A stretch of 58,129 bases of DNA, filler included, from Dugesia japonica (taxonomy: Eukaryota), in the NCBI GenBank assembly GCA_001938525.1. It is 6 parts of 6 records of this genome, joined end to end, with 100 filler letters (N's around TTAATTAATTAA, not from the genome) between each part and the next. Parts side by side here need not be neighbours in the genome. Positions count along the whole stretch, not along the records: positions 1 to 12,231 come from MQRL01302669.1; 5 more parts are not named here. One strand, given 5' to 3'. The notes under the pieces are model-generated. The model was not told the origin of the DNA. It ran no database searches and was given only the letters and a program-made list of their open reading frames with translations. Below, piece by piece: positions 1-10,671 of this stretch. Positions within the stretch are counted from its first letter, which is position 1, and each line of letters starts with the position of its first letter. The position numbers were made by a program, and so were the translations under genes.

Positions 1-42
1 TTGATACTTGATAAATATTTGTAATAGATTGGTGTTGAGTTT

Positions 43-1039
43 TTAAAAAAAATTTTAAAATGCAGCTATGTTGAGTTTTAAAATTTATTTTTGGCTGATA
101 ATTTAAAAAGAAATTTATTAAAAATTCCAGGCACGTCATTTTCAGTGTATATATGTTTCATCTGAGTAGCATTTATTAATAAAAATTCTTAGCTACGTGA
201 CTTTTAGTGTATGTTTGTTGCAGCTGTGTTGCATTTGAATTTCATTTATTAAAATATATCTATCAAAAAACTTCAAAGAGAGGAGTCTTTGTGATATTTA
301 CTTAATAAAATATAACTATTAAAAATAAGAAAAGAGGGGAGTCTTTGTGGTATTTACATGATCAAATATTCAAATATTTAAATAAAATCTTTTCTTTACA
401 AGATGATATAAGACAGAACTTTTTTTCATAAAAAATCATATATGCTAGGTAATATTTTATAAAAAACATTAGTCATGCAATTTGTAATAAAGAATCTTAT
501 AAGTGATGCAATGTTTCTATAAAACATATTACTATTGACAACTGTCTATAACAAACATATTACTAGTGACAGCTTTCTATAAAAAACCTAAAAACTAATG
601 ACAATTGTCTATAAAAAATCTCATTAGCTGAGAATATTTCTTTACAAAATGATAAAAACATAGAACGTTTTTCATAAAAATCATAAATTCATGGAGCCGT
701 TCCATGTATCACTAATAAGTCTATAAATACAAACTTATAGGAAAATATTTTTATGATTTTTTAGGGTTAATGAGTATATTATTTACATAGTTAGCTTGTA
801 TTATTTACATAGCAACCGTGCAATTTAAGGATTATGAGTTTACATATGTTAATGAGTGTAAAGGTTTTATGAGTATATTATTTGTTTAGTTACCTTTATT
901 ATTTACATAGCAACCGTGTAATATAATGCTAATGAGGTTAATATTTATAAAGTAACCCTATATTTAAGGGTTTAACAGTATATTATTTACATATTAACCG
1001 TGTAATAAGAGGTCACCAGGCAAAATGCATGTTCATGAA
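43..1039 (+). repeat. Left terminal inverted repeat, with internal TATTATTTACATAG(CAACCGTG) repeats
   Basis: Reverse complement of ~10672-11380. For example 241-293 TTCATTTATTAAAATATATCTATCAAAAAACTTCAAAGAG pairs with ~11195-11245, and 983-1039 pairs with ~10672-10740. Confidence 0.9.
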
Positions 1040-1190
1040 ATTAATTATCATACATTGATTTATTCAAAATATTGTATTTGTTTACTTAGTATTATAAAAG
1101 ACCTTATTAATTTACTAATTATTAAAAAAATAAAAGAAAACAATTATCCAATAAAACATTTATTAATATAACATTTGTTTCTCATATTCT

Positions 1191-1695
1191 TCAGTCATCT
1201 TCAAAATTCTTTCTTTTAAGATTTCATGATGGTTCTTATTTTCATTAATAGGGAAATTCGATTGAAGTTCTATGATGAAATTGTTCATAACTTGAAACAT
1301 GTCTATTGTTTTTGTCTGCTATAAATATTTAAAATATTCATTCATCATCAACAGCATATATTCATGAAGTAATTCTGGTAAACTTTCATGTAATATTTCT
1401 AACACTAATTCTAAACAAAATGAAATAAAATATCATAAATTAAACTCTTACCATAATAATTTTCATAATTTTTGCCTTCAATTTCAGTATAACCACTATC
1501 ATCATCATTATCATCATCATCATCATGACATGTATCTTCCATCTTTTCATCTTCAAAAGTTTTTTCTTCATTAATATTGATTTTTTGGCTATCATTAGCT
1601 TCCATTATATTTTCTTTTCTTTCATGTTTAATGTCATTTTCAAGTCCTTTCTCTCCTTGGACAATGTTTTCAAAAATAATTTCACAAGTATTCAT
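1191..1695 (-). pseudogene. Element accessory gene A, acidic, two exons (intron 1411-1451)
   Basis: Removing the 41-nt GTAAGA...TTTAG intron joins ...YENYY to ELVLEILHESLPELLHEYML in frame; one internal stop. Homolog with the same intron at 25833-26398. Confidence 0.75.
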
Positions 1696-1704
1696 TTTAT
1701 AAAA

Positions 1705-1871
1705 AAGTGAATTTACTTTAAAAAAAAACACGTCTCATTTATATAAACCCGGTAACCAATCATATCAATCATAGTAAATATTAACAAATCATATCAATTA
1801 TAGTAAATATTAATCAAAATTAGTATCGCAACTAGTATATAAGCAAAGGTTTACATGAAAGTAATTACATT
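1705..1871. promoter_or_regulatory. Divergent promoter between genes A and B
   Basis: TATATAAA on minus (1738-1745), TATATAAG on plus (1836-1843), and two 29-nt AATCATATCAATYATAGTAAATATTAA repeats between them. Confidence 0.55.
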
Positions 1872-1883
1872 TAAAACTGAAAA

Positions 1884-2224
1884 ATGCAAGAGAATTAACT
1901 CACTAAAGAAATCGTGTCAACAATAACTGTGGAACTTGGAAAAATGACTGATTTCCAATTACAAGATCTTTCTTTTGAGAACAACGATTATCTATAACTT
2001 TAAAGTATTTATTTTTTATTTCATTATAAATTATTATTTTATTTTAGAAATCAGTTTCATTAAAAAGATCCTAATTTAGTTTGGTTATGTCTGGAATTTT
2101 TGAGAAGGATAGGAATATACTGGAAGCTATATTTGCAAGATTAAGCAGACAAATTGAAGTCAATGAAACTATTTATATAGGTTTTAAAGAACAAGATAAA
2201 AACAATTATGAAGACGACAGCTAA
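1884..2224 (+). pseudogene. Element accessory gene B, probable intron 2005-2047
   Basis: MQEN*LTKEIVSTITVELGK..., a GT..AG pyrimidine-rich spacer, then ...EKDRNILEAIFARLSRQIEV. Inverted homolog at 25224-25566. Several stops; the splice frame is not cleanly restored. Confidence 0.55.
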
Positions 2225-2529
2225 TATATGATTCGAGTGAAGATTAAAGGCTTCAAGAAGTCCATTAATTCAGTAGGAGTCATTTGGAAAGTTAAAAACA
2301 TAGAAAATAAGATCTAAAGTTGCTTAATTAATGTTTGCTTTATGTTATTTTTTATTGAAATAAATATTTAGGTAATAAATCTTGTTAATTTCTTTTAAAA
2401 CAAAACTTACTAAATAAAAACCTAATAAAAAACTAAATAAAAACAAACTAAAATAATAAAACAAACACTTAATAATAATAATACATTTTTTAATAATGAC
2501 AAAAATATTTTATAATTGCCATTATTGCG

Positions 2530-2937
2530 AGAATAATTATTCGACATAACCATTGATTGTTTTATAGAATTCATTTAATATAAAAGCTTTGATCACAATT
2601 TTAAAAAAGTCAATTCCTAACAAAGGCAAGGTCGAAATATCGAATTGTTATCCAATATCAATAAAAAACCAAACTTTTGATCAAAGATTTTACATTAAAT
2701 GAATTCGACAAAAATATTCATTATAATGATTAAGATCGTCTAGATTGTTCTCTATGTCTACCATCAGAATTAACTTTGCACATCCGAGAGCCGCGGTTGC
2801 CTTTCTTCGTTTAATAATCCCTGTTCTTCGTATATATCTGTGAGCATTCCTAAATTAAATTTATTAATAAACGTCAAACCTGTCTTACTAAAGTCCTCTT
2901 CCATTTTCTTCATTTTTCCAGTATTTGATGAATTCAT
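2530..2937 (-). pseudogene. Element accessory gene C, degenerate, function unknown
   Basis: ATG downstream of TATATATA. Coding-like run MNSSNTGKMKKMEEDFSKT... with stops and a frameshift. Confidence 0.35.
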
Positions 2938-3096
2938 TTTTAAAATTACAAGAAATAATAATGAAATGCATTATATATATGCATAATAAAAAACCACAAC
3001 GTATTATATTAATTATTTGAAATTTTAATATCTAAATTTAAATTGATATTTTTTGTACTTGCATTGTAAACGTTTAGCATCCGTGTTGCGAATTTT

Positions 3097-3573
3097 TTAA
3101 ATTTTATCAAGCAAATTGCACATATCTGAAGTAATGTTATTCACATATCCCTGAAAATACAAATTATTAAACCCTAGTGTCACTAGTTTTCCTGTTGAGA
3201 ACACATTTACACATAGAAGGTCATATTTTACAAGTCTTAGAGCAAGAAATAACTCTCGTTCGAACCAACAGTTGACTATTCTTGCTAATTTATACAAATT
3301 TATTGACACTCCCATGTTTACGAAAATTTTTAACGATTGTAATTGTACATTTTTTATATCATAGGGGTTTAAATCATTCGGTTTCAATAGTTTCTTACAA
3401 CCTATTATTCTACATTTTCCTGATCTGAAGAATAAAATTGTATATTTTTCACTTTTGACTTGGAATTGACATGATGTGCCTATAGGAAAGCTCGTTTTCT
3501 TTGTTACTTCTTGCGGCACTTCACCTCCGTAATTAATATTGGTTATCATAATTAATGAATTAATGAGGAACAT
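3097..3573 (-). CDS. TATA-box-binding-protein (TBP)-like protein, element-encoded (likely start ATG 3549)
   Basis: Two TBP repeats: TILFFRSGKCRIIGCK, and INLYKLA...FERELFLAL...CVNVFSTGKLVTLG. Canonical TBP has TALIFASGKMVCTGAK and YEPELFPGL...LIFVSGKIVITG. Confidence 0.85.
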   Translation of the reverse strand: MFLINSLIMITNINYGGEVPQEVTKKTSFPIGTSCQFQVKSEKYTILFFRSGKCRIIGCKKLLKPNDLNPYDIKNVQLQSLKIFVNMGVSINLYKLARIVNCWFERELFLALRLVKYDLLCVNVFSTGKLVTLGFNNLYFQGYVNNITSDMCNLLDKI

Positions 3574-3662
3574 TTGGGGTCTTGATGGATTTAATTTAAT
3601 TGATTCGTTAAAACAAATATAAACAATGTAATAAATTATAAATAAATTAAAGAAAAAACAAG

Positions 3663-4219
3663 ATGAAGAGATTAAGAAATGATGTAGTCTATCAAATGTT
3701 AGGAACTAGTAGTAGTGTGAAAAAGCAGATAAAGAGCTTGGATTGACTAAATCTGAATTTTGTAATATTAAAACGAAAATTATAAATGGTTTTGATACTA
3801 ATGGGAGCAAAAGATTAGGACGAGAAGATGTTATTGCTGTTGATGATTTGTATCAGGACGCAAATAAAGAAAAGGATTTCAATAATTTATTCACAAAAAT
3901 ATAGAAACATTGTAATTTTACTGTGATATTTATTACTCAAAATCTATTTCATCAAGGGGGTAGTCATAGAACCCGCAATTTAAACGTGCAATATTTGGTT
4001 CTATTCAAAAGCCCTAGAGATCAGACGGTCATTGATTTTCTAGCAACACAAGCATATTCTAATGATATACAATTTCGTATTGAACCATTTCAAGATGTCA
4101 CAGAAATACCACATGGATATTTATTTCTTAAGTTTACACAACAATGTCCAGATGATTATAGAGTAAAAACAGATATATTCAATTCAAATGGTATCACAAT
4201 ATATAAACAAAATACGTAA
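3663..4219 (+). pseudogene. A32/FtsK-HerA-like genome packaging ATPase
   Basis: Walker B VIAVDD and Polinton-type motifs IFITQNLF, NVQYLVLFKSPRD, PHGYLF. Walker A decayed; internal deletion and a stop. Confidence 0.88.
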
Positions 4220-4498
4220 TTTTTCATAATATTATAAAAAAATAACAAAATTTAAGAAATTTGTAGTTGATCAAGTAACTGATGGTGTTGTTAATCATCA
4301 AAAACTATCTTTTGAGAAGAAAAAGTATGGAAAAAAGAAGAAACCATCATATAGAATCAATCATGTAGAAACAATCATAGGAAACATCATATAAATAAGA
4401 AGAATCGAGTAAATAAAAGAAATATATTTAAAAAACTTGCAAAAAGAAATAGAAAGAAGCTGAGAATGATGAACAGATAAACGATTATAAACAAATAA

Positions 4499-4867
4499 AT
4501 GATATGTATTATTTTAATCAATACAAATGAAATTACAAAGAAGCATTCTGTTATTTTTACAGCTTTGATTAAATCATCAAAACCATTTAGAATGAGAATT
4601 TTACAATCATTCCCACCATTTGTTATAGATGATTTACTTGAAATTATTATAAATATTGTTCGTAGTAATGTAGATTGGAGTGCAGCCAAATAAAAAACAN
4701 NNNNNNNNNNNNNNNNNNNNNNNNNNNNNNNNNNNNNNNNNNNNNNNNNNNNNNNNNNNNNAATAGAAAATAAATGAGACGAGTAATGAATAATCAAAGT
4801 GGTGGTTTTTTAGCAGCATTGCTACGAATTGCATTAGCTGCATTAGGCTTAACTCATTTTAAATAAA
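4499..4867 (+). pseudogene. Small Polinton/adintovirus core-type protein ending QSGGFLAALL
   Basis: IDDLLEIIINIVRSNV and, after the N gap, NNQSGGFLAALLRIALAALG. This is the QxGGFL-amphipathic tail typical of Maverick small ORFs next to the ATPase. Confidence 0.6.
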
Positions 4868-4973
4868 CAATGGTAGACTTTATAACATCAATATTAATAA
4901 TTAACTCAAATGAACAATGGGTGGATTGCAATCATTACCAACTTTGACTTGAAATTTGAATAGAATTGTTGTA

Positions 4974-5365
4974 ATGGAAACAAAAATGAAGACAATATAG
5001 ACGGATCCAAAAAAACCCGGAGGTTTTCGAGGCATAGAAAAGTTGAGGAAAGCAGCTCAAAGAACAAAACGAAGGACAAAAAAGGAGTTATCTGGTCATC
5101 TAGTGTACAGTCTAAACAAGTCAATGTTGAAAAGATTTCCAACAAAAGCGTATAAAGCCTATGGTATTTATGATTTATGATAAATGTATCTAATTGAAAT
5201 GATTAATAAATTTTACAAGTATATATTTTGTCTTTTATCGTTGTGTTCAATAGATTTGCAAGAACTGTTCCATTTTAATCAAAGGGACTGAAATAATAAA
5301 CAATATTATGTCAAATGGAATGGATACAAAAACTAAGTTGGATAGTATCAACACAAATAAAATAA
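4974..5365 (+). pseudogene. Retroviral-like (c-)integrase with chromodomain, catalytic core largely deleted
   Basis: DPKKPGGFRGIEKL...YSLNK...KRFP...GIYDL...YKYI...VFNRFARTVP, then directly QYYVKWNGY...SWI (chromodomain). Confidence 0.82.
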
Positions 5366-5381
5366 CAAGACGAAAGTTTAG

Positions 5382-6513
5382 ATGGAATCAAATAACTTCT
5401 ATACACTTTTACCTAGTAATAGTAGTCCACTATTCATCCAAATAATACTGCTAGAAATGACATTGTTGATCTGCAAAACCCAATTTACATGTATAGTAGT
5501 TGGGAAGTAGCCTTGATGGATTTCACCTTAGTATATTCAGCCATGCCGATTTACAGTCCATCTAGGATTGAATATGAAATATTTACAATAATTGAAAAGG
5601 AACTAATACTTGATGTTAACAACAAAGAAATAATAAATAATAATAATAATAAATAATAATAAATAAATAAATAATAAAGTTCTTTTAACTGTTAATTCTC
5701 AAGGCAAATATAAAAATAACTAGGATACTGTTATACAATTATCAAAAGAAAACGTGTTATTCTTTACTAGTGATATTACATTTCACAGTTTATTCTTTGA
5801 TAGTCGGGAAACTTTAAAAAGATTTTCATATTTTAGCGGTGAATATGTAAGGGAAGATATTAAATTAATTTTTTATGCTAGTAAGAATTTTGAAGATAAA
5901 TCATTTGCTCTTGGCTTTGGTAAGTTTAAAAACGATGAGTCCATTGGAAAAAAAATTAAATATTATTTTCTGATTGTAACTAAACATTCTTTTCAATTTG
6001 AATCTGAATTGTATATAAAGAATTTAAATCAATTTTAAAAAGCACCTTCTATAGTTATTTAAAACTTTTAAATTAAATAAAGATGAACTATTTGAATTTA
6101 CATTAGCAAGTAGAACTAAAAGTGTTAAATTCGATAAAATATTAAAATTAAAACATTAGGATCAAAAGAATTGCAATATACTTGAATACAATTGAATGAT
6201 AAACAACTACTATTTAAAAGTAATAAGAAACCTAGAATATTAAAGTGTTATAATGAAATGTCCATCTATTGTAGTATTGTTAAGCCTATAGTTGTTGGTG
6301 ATGTTAATGTTCTTTTATTGAAAGCATTATGGGTAGAAGAACATGAGAATGATGAGGTAGTTTAATTAATTGTTGATCATACCATGTATTTACCTATTTC
6401 TTCATCATATATAAACAATATAGAAATATCAGTATACGTGATGATAGTAGACAACTAGTCAACTTTGCTGAAGACTCAAAAACTCATTTAACGTTACATT
6501 TTAGAAAAATTAA
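5382..6513 (+). pseudogene. Minor capsid protein (penton, single jelly roll)
   Basis: N-terminal FYTLLPSNSS..HPNNT...WEVAL; C-terminal IYCSIVKPIVVGD...YLPI...IEISIRDD...LTLHFRK. Frameshifts present. Confidence 0.85.
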
Positions 6514-6514
6514 T

Positions 6515-6960
6515 AAAGAATTCTGATATTGTATCATTGTACAGTACTAGTCAAGCAGGTGGAGAATTACCTTACTTTCTTGGAAAACAGTATGTATCTG
6601 GTTGGTTACGAACAAAAGGGAGATTTGCTTTGCCTATTCTGAGACGTATTGGTTCTTTTGGTATGAAAACAGCTCATGGTTTACTAGCTAATTGAAAATA
6701 CGGGAAAATACTAACCACATTGAAATCAAATGCATTAGCTGAACTTGGAAATGTAGTTTCTTCCTTATCTAATAGAGTTACCAGTATGATTCCAAAAGTA
6801 GCTGGTGTAGTACCATAAAGTATAACTAATAAAATACCATTTGAAATAACTAATATACTAACAAATCAATCTAAAGCAGAACCGACTAATAAAAAACGTA
6901 AAAAATCACATGCATAACGTATAAACAAATGAATGAGAGGACATGGAACAATATTTGAAA
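6515..6960 (+). pseudogene. Polinton core-type basic protein (QAGG motif)
   Basis: YSTSQAGGELPYFLGKQY.SGWLRT.GRFALPILRRIG, lying between minor and major capsid genes as in other Mavericks. Confidence 0.7.
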
Positions 6961-6964
6961 AATT

Positions 6965-7127
6965 ATTTTAGGTAAAACTGAATTATGTAATTTTGATCAA
7001 CCATCTCCACATGTTGTAATTGAAAATGGTACTTTCGAAGATGTCTTTCCTATGAATTCAATTTATGAATCGCAAAGCGATGTAGAGTTTTTTATAAATG
7101 GATCTCAAACAGAATATATGGATTTGA
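6965..7127 (+). pseudogene. Major capsid protein (double jelly roll), N-terminal piece
   Basis: KTELCNFDQPSPHVVIENGTFEDVFP...VEFFINGSQTEYMDL matches the Polinton MCP N-terminus (KSELDLF..P.TQ..IE...IEF.I.G...Y.DL). Confidence 0.8.
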
Positions 7128-7488
7128 AGTAGGTAGATAGTGGAGCATGTCCACTATAGAAAATCGTCCACAATCGAGCTCCCCTTCCCCTCGTCGGCAA
7201 TTGAAAAAGTGTGGACGAATTTTCAAAAATAAATTGAAATATTGGACGAATTTTTATAAATAAATTAAAATTATAGACGAATATTTAAAAATAAATTAAA
7301 AGTATGGACGAATTTTAAAAAAATTAAATTAATTAATAAAAAAAACAAAAAGTAGGGATAAATTATTAAAAATAAATTTAAAAAGTTTTACAAAATTAAA
7401 AGTGGTGCTTAATTTTTTCTGTGTATTTAGTTCAAATGTGTATTTAGAATTCAAATATGAAAAAGCAAGAAATTACTTCAAGCATGAG

Positions 7489-7815
7489 ATGATTTTCTTA
7501 AAGAAAACAATCAATTATACTTTTCAAGTAATATTTGATTTGCTAATTACTTTATTAATACTTTTTATTTAGGATCCAGTAAAAGTAAAGCCTTGTCTTT
7601 ATGATTTGTACATATCTGAAATCAGTAATAAAAATCAAAAGACTCTTAATGAATTATTCGTAAGAATTAATGAAAACATTAAAATTGAAGATGCAACATT
7701 TATTAAATCTAAAGAAGAAAATGTTCAAGAAAGTAAATCAATCATTACAGTTGAAATTATTAGTTATAAGAAAGTTAAATCAACTCAAAAGTGTGAAGAT
7801 AATTTTATTGAATAA
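7489..7815 (+). CDS. Small two-exon ORF in the nested fragment (intron 7528-7572), function unknown
   Basis: The 45-nt GTAATA...TTTAG intron joins MIFLKKTINYTFQ in frame to DPVKVKPCLYDLYISE. Confidence 0.45.
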
Positions 7816-8027
7816 ATATTAGTATAATTAATAGACTTATCTTAATAATTTCCAAGTTTTTTAATAACTTTTATAAAACGAGTATAAAACAGTAAAGTTT
7901 ATGTAATTTAATCCCATGTTATGCGGTGATCTAGTGACTGTTTTGTATAACATTTGGCCACTGAAATTATAAGATTAAAATGAATAATTTAAGCAATAAA
8001 GATTACTTAAAGTATTTGGATCTCTTT

Positions 8028-8700
8028 CTATTTTACATTCATGTTGTCGATTGCTAAAGCCTTTTGTTTGATATTCATTTGAACTTTATTTATTGATTCG
8101 GGACTTGAATTACTTAAATCATCAGTAAATTCTTTAATTAGTGCTTCTTTTTTGTTCTCATAAAACTCATTTACAACCGTTGACAATTTAAGTTCATGAA
8201 ATTTAACTAAATTATCCATTAGAAATGACATGTTTTCCAAAGAATCTGGATTAAATGTCAGTTTATCAATTAGTTCTAATCTTCCAAGTATTACCAGGCT
8301 ATCCAAGAATTGGATTTTAATAATAGCTTGTAGACCACTTTGTAATGTTACTTCTAATTTATGACGATAAATTATAATTTCATTGTTTGATATTTCCTCA
8401 ATTGCATCGATAAATGGGTCAAGAGAGAATAAATTTGTTAGATTATTGGCAACATCAACTTTACATTTGTTGAGATAATCTTCATAATTCAACGANNAAC
8501 AACCTTTAGTCTCTGAAATAATTTTTGAAATAAAAGTTCTTCCATGCCATTTCATGTATTTATCATCATCTTCAATAACAAATCTTATTGTATATCAAAT
8601 TAAAGTTACTTGATAAGGATTGTAAAGATTTGACTGATACGGATAATGCGGTTCCCAGTACCTATATGTTGCATACACTTTTTTAGGATGTAATTCTTTC
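8028..8700 (-). pseudogene. Unknown protein in the nested fragment
   Basis: 175-aa ORF that extends ~48 codons further upstream through one stop; no recognisable motif. Confidence 0.5.
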
Positions 8701-8724
8701 GTTAAAAAATTTCAAAATTGAATG

Positions 8725-9625
8725 TGGAAATGGATCTTATCTTCACAAAGCATTGATTGAAACTTTAATAAATTATAATGATGATAGTAAGAATATATGT
8801 CTTGCAACAATGGTATATGGATCAGAAGCAGATAGAAAAAAGTCTATTGCAAAATCAAAACAATTATCATTATGTTGTTCATTGCAACTTGATTTCATGG
8901 ATCAACCAAAATAACTTATTCCTGTTGTCAATGTTCATATTTCAGTGAAACAAAAAGATGCTAATATTTGTTAGGAATCTGCAGCCAATGCACCTAAATA
9001 TGTATTACTATATGCAAAATTAATGGTTAGACGTGTACGCATTGAACCGTCAGTACTTGCTGCTCATCAAATGGATCTAAATAAGCAAAATTCGGTTTAT
9101 CCAATAAGAACCAAAGAAATCGTAGCATTTGCAATTAGTAAAGATAGTTCATCGTTTTATAAGGAACAAATCTTTGGTGATCGTCGATTACCTACCTTTA
9201 TTTTGGTTACATTTCAAAGTGGTGAACAATATAATGGTAGCTATAAAAGCTCGAGTTCAACATTTCAAAATTTTGGTGCTGCTTTTGTTTCCTTGACGAA
9301 AACACTGATTGTCTAGAAATATATACTCAAGATTTTACAAATGATAATAATGCCACAACATATATGTAATCTACAGTACGAAATATAAAATATTTGGATA
9401 AGAATATGAATTGTGGAATAACACTTCAAGAATTTAAGGATAATTATCCCTTCTTTACATTTGTTCTCGCTCCAGAATTCGATATAAATCAGAGCCAAGG
9501 AACAAGGAAATTTGAGATTGGATATGAAGTTTGCTTAAGCTTTAACAATATCGGCATATGCTCTCATTTATGGAGTATTTGAAAAAAGAAATTCAGATTA
9601 AAAAAACGGAACAGTATTGGTGTAA
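8725..9625 (+). pseudogene. Major capsid protein, central and C-terminal part
   Basis: YLHKALIETLINY, LQLDFMDQPK*LIP, LMVRRVRIEPSVLAAH, YPIR, RLPTFILV, YNGSY, FFTFVLAP. Confidence 0.9.
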
Positions 9626-9628
9626 ACA

Positions 9629-9880
9629 ATGTTATGTATTCTTGAAATAATTGTAATAAAGTAAGAGTTATTGTTTAATTTATTGTTTAATTTATTAATT
9701 CTATTCAGATTGAACGCAGTACATCAATGTTACTTAAATCATCTTATTTTAGTAAACAATGCCTTAATCGTCCAAACTCATTCAACAAATCTATGTGAAG
9801 AACACTAGATAGCGGTTTACAATAAAAGAAGCAACATTACACATGGAATATTTATTTGCATGTATTTGTATTTTAAGAAA
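9629..9880 (+). pseudogene. Element accessory gene D (intron 9661-9708)
   Basis: ATG 3 nt after the MCP stop; 48-nt GTAAGA...TTCAG intron conserved at 27269-27316. Confidence 0.5.
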
Positions 9881-10220
9881 TAAATGTTTTATTGTCAAAC
9901 AGTCTTGTTCATTTTTCTTTTTAATAATACTTAGAAACAAAAGTACTCTATTTAAATAAACTTTTTATTATTTCATATTATTTATTTAATTTTGTGAACA
10001 TGTCATGAACATAAATTTGACATGACACGAGCATGCATTTACATTAGTACCTCATATTACATGGTTATTATGTAAATAAACCCTATATTACAAGGTAACT
10101 TTGTAAATAATATATTTATCAAACTATTTACTTATAAGTATTTTTATAAAAATAATGCAAGAAAGAAACAAAATTATTATTCAAATCTATTTATTAAACA
10201 ACAAAATAATAATAATTACA

Positions 10221-10469
10221 TTAGTTCCGACTAAACAAATAAAATATCACAATGGGTGTCTATAAAGTTACAGCAATAAATTTATTTTTCTTTTGGATCT
10301 TCAATTCTTCCTTAATTTTATCCATGAATATTGATCGGACAATGAGTTCAACATATTCATGTTTTCTCAATAGACCATTGTCGATCCTGCTTATGAATTG
10401 AATTTCGTCAACGGATCAACTGGTAATTGAATCTGTAATTTGTTTAATATCTCTTTCCATTTGGTTCAT
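10221..10469 (-). pseudogene. Element accessory gene E, small protein with C-terminal hydrophobic (TM-like) tail
   Basis: Homolog of ORF 27685-27903 (VDEIQF...YVELIVRSIF.DKIKEELK); two stops in this copy. Confidence 0.65.
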
Positions 10470-10493
10470 TTTTATAATGACTTTGAATTGTAA

Positions 10494-10562
10494 AAGTGAC
10501 TTATATTACGAAACCTGCTGTTTATATACTTGCGGCGATACACACATACTCGTTATTTGTTA
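10494..10562 (-). promoter_or_regulatory. Element promoter: CAAATAACGAGTATG-TGTATCGC-N-AGTATATAAA, with TCACTT initiator ~30 nt downstream
   Basis: The same block precedes non-homologous gene B (25580-25650; partial at 1821-1871). Confidence 0.6.
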
Positions 10563-10671
10563 GATTTTATTGATCGTTAGAGGTTTTTAAGGAAATGAAT
10601 GAATATTATTAATTTTAATTTTTATGATTAGGTGTATTTTGTTTTAAATGATATGATTTGTTATCTAAAAT

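Larger units (their letters stand above)
7128..8724. mobile_element. One-ended fragment of a second AGTAGGTAGATAGT-terminus element interrupting the MCP gene
   Basis: The MCP frame stops exactly at AGTAGGTAGATAGT (7128). Four ~32-nt GGACGAATTT repeats follow (7210-7330). MCP resumes at ~8725 with a stretch missing. Confidence 0.75.

Noticed and set aside
7210-7330. CRISPR-like arrays (also 18368-18530 and 51988-52240)
   Set aside because: The units are tandem without unique spacers, there are no cas genes, and the context is eukaryotic.
8905-8920. Alternative genetic code (TAA/TAG read as sense)
   Set aside because: Shared stops fall at different expected residues, frameshifts are common, and genes such as MCP and the ATPase end in TAA.
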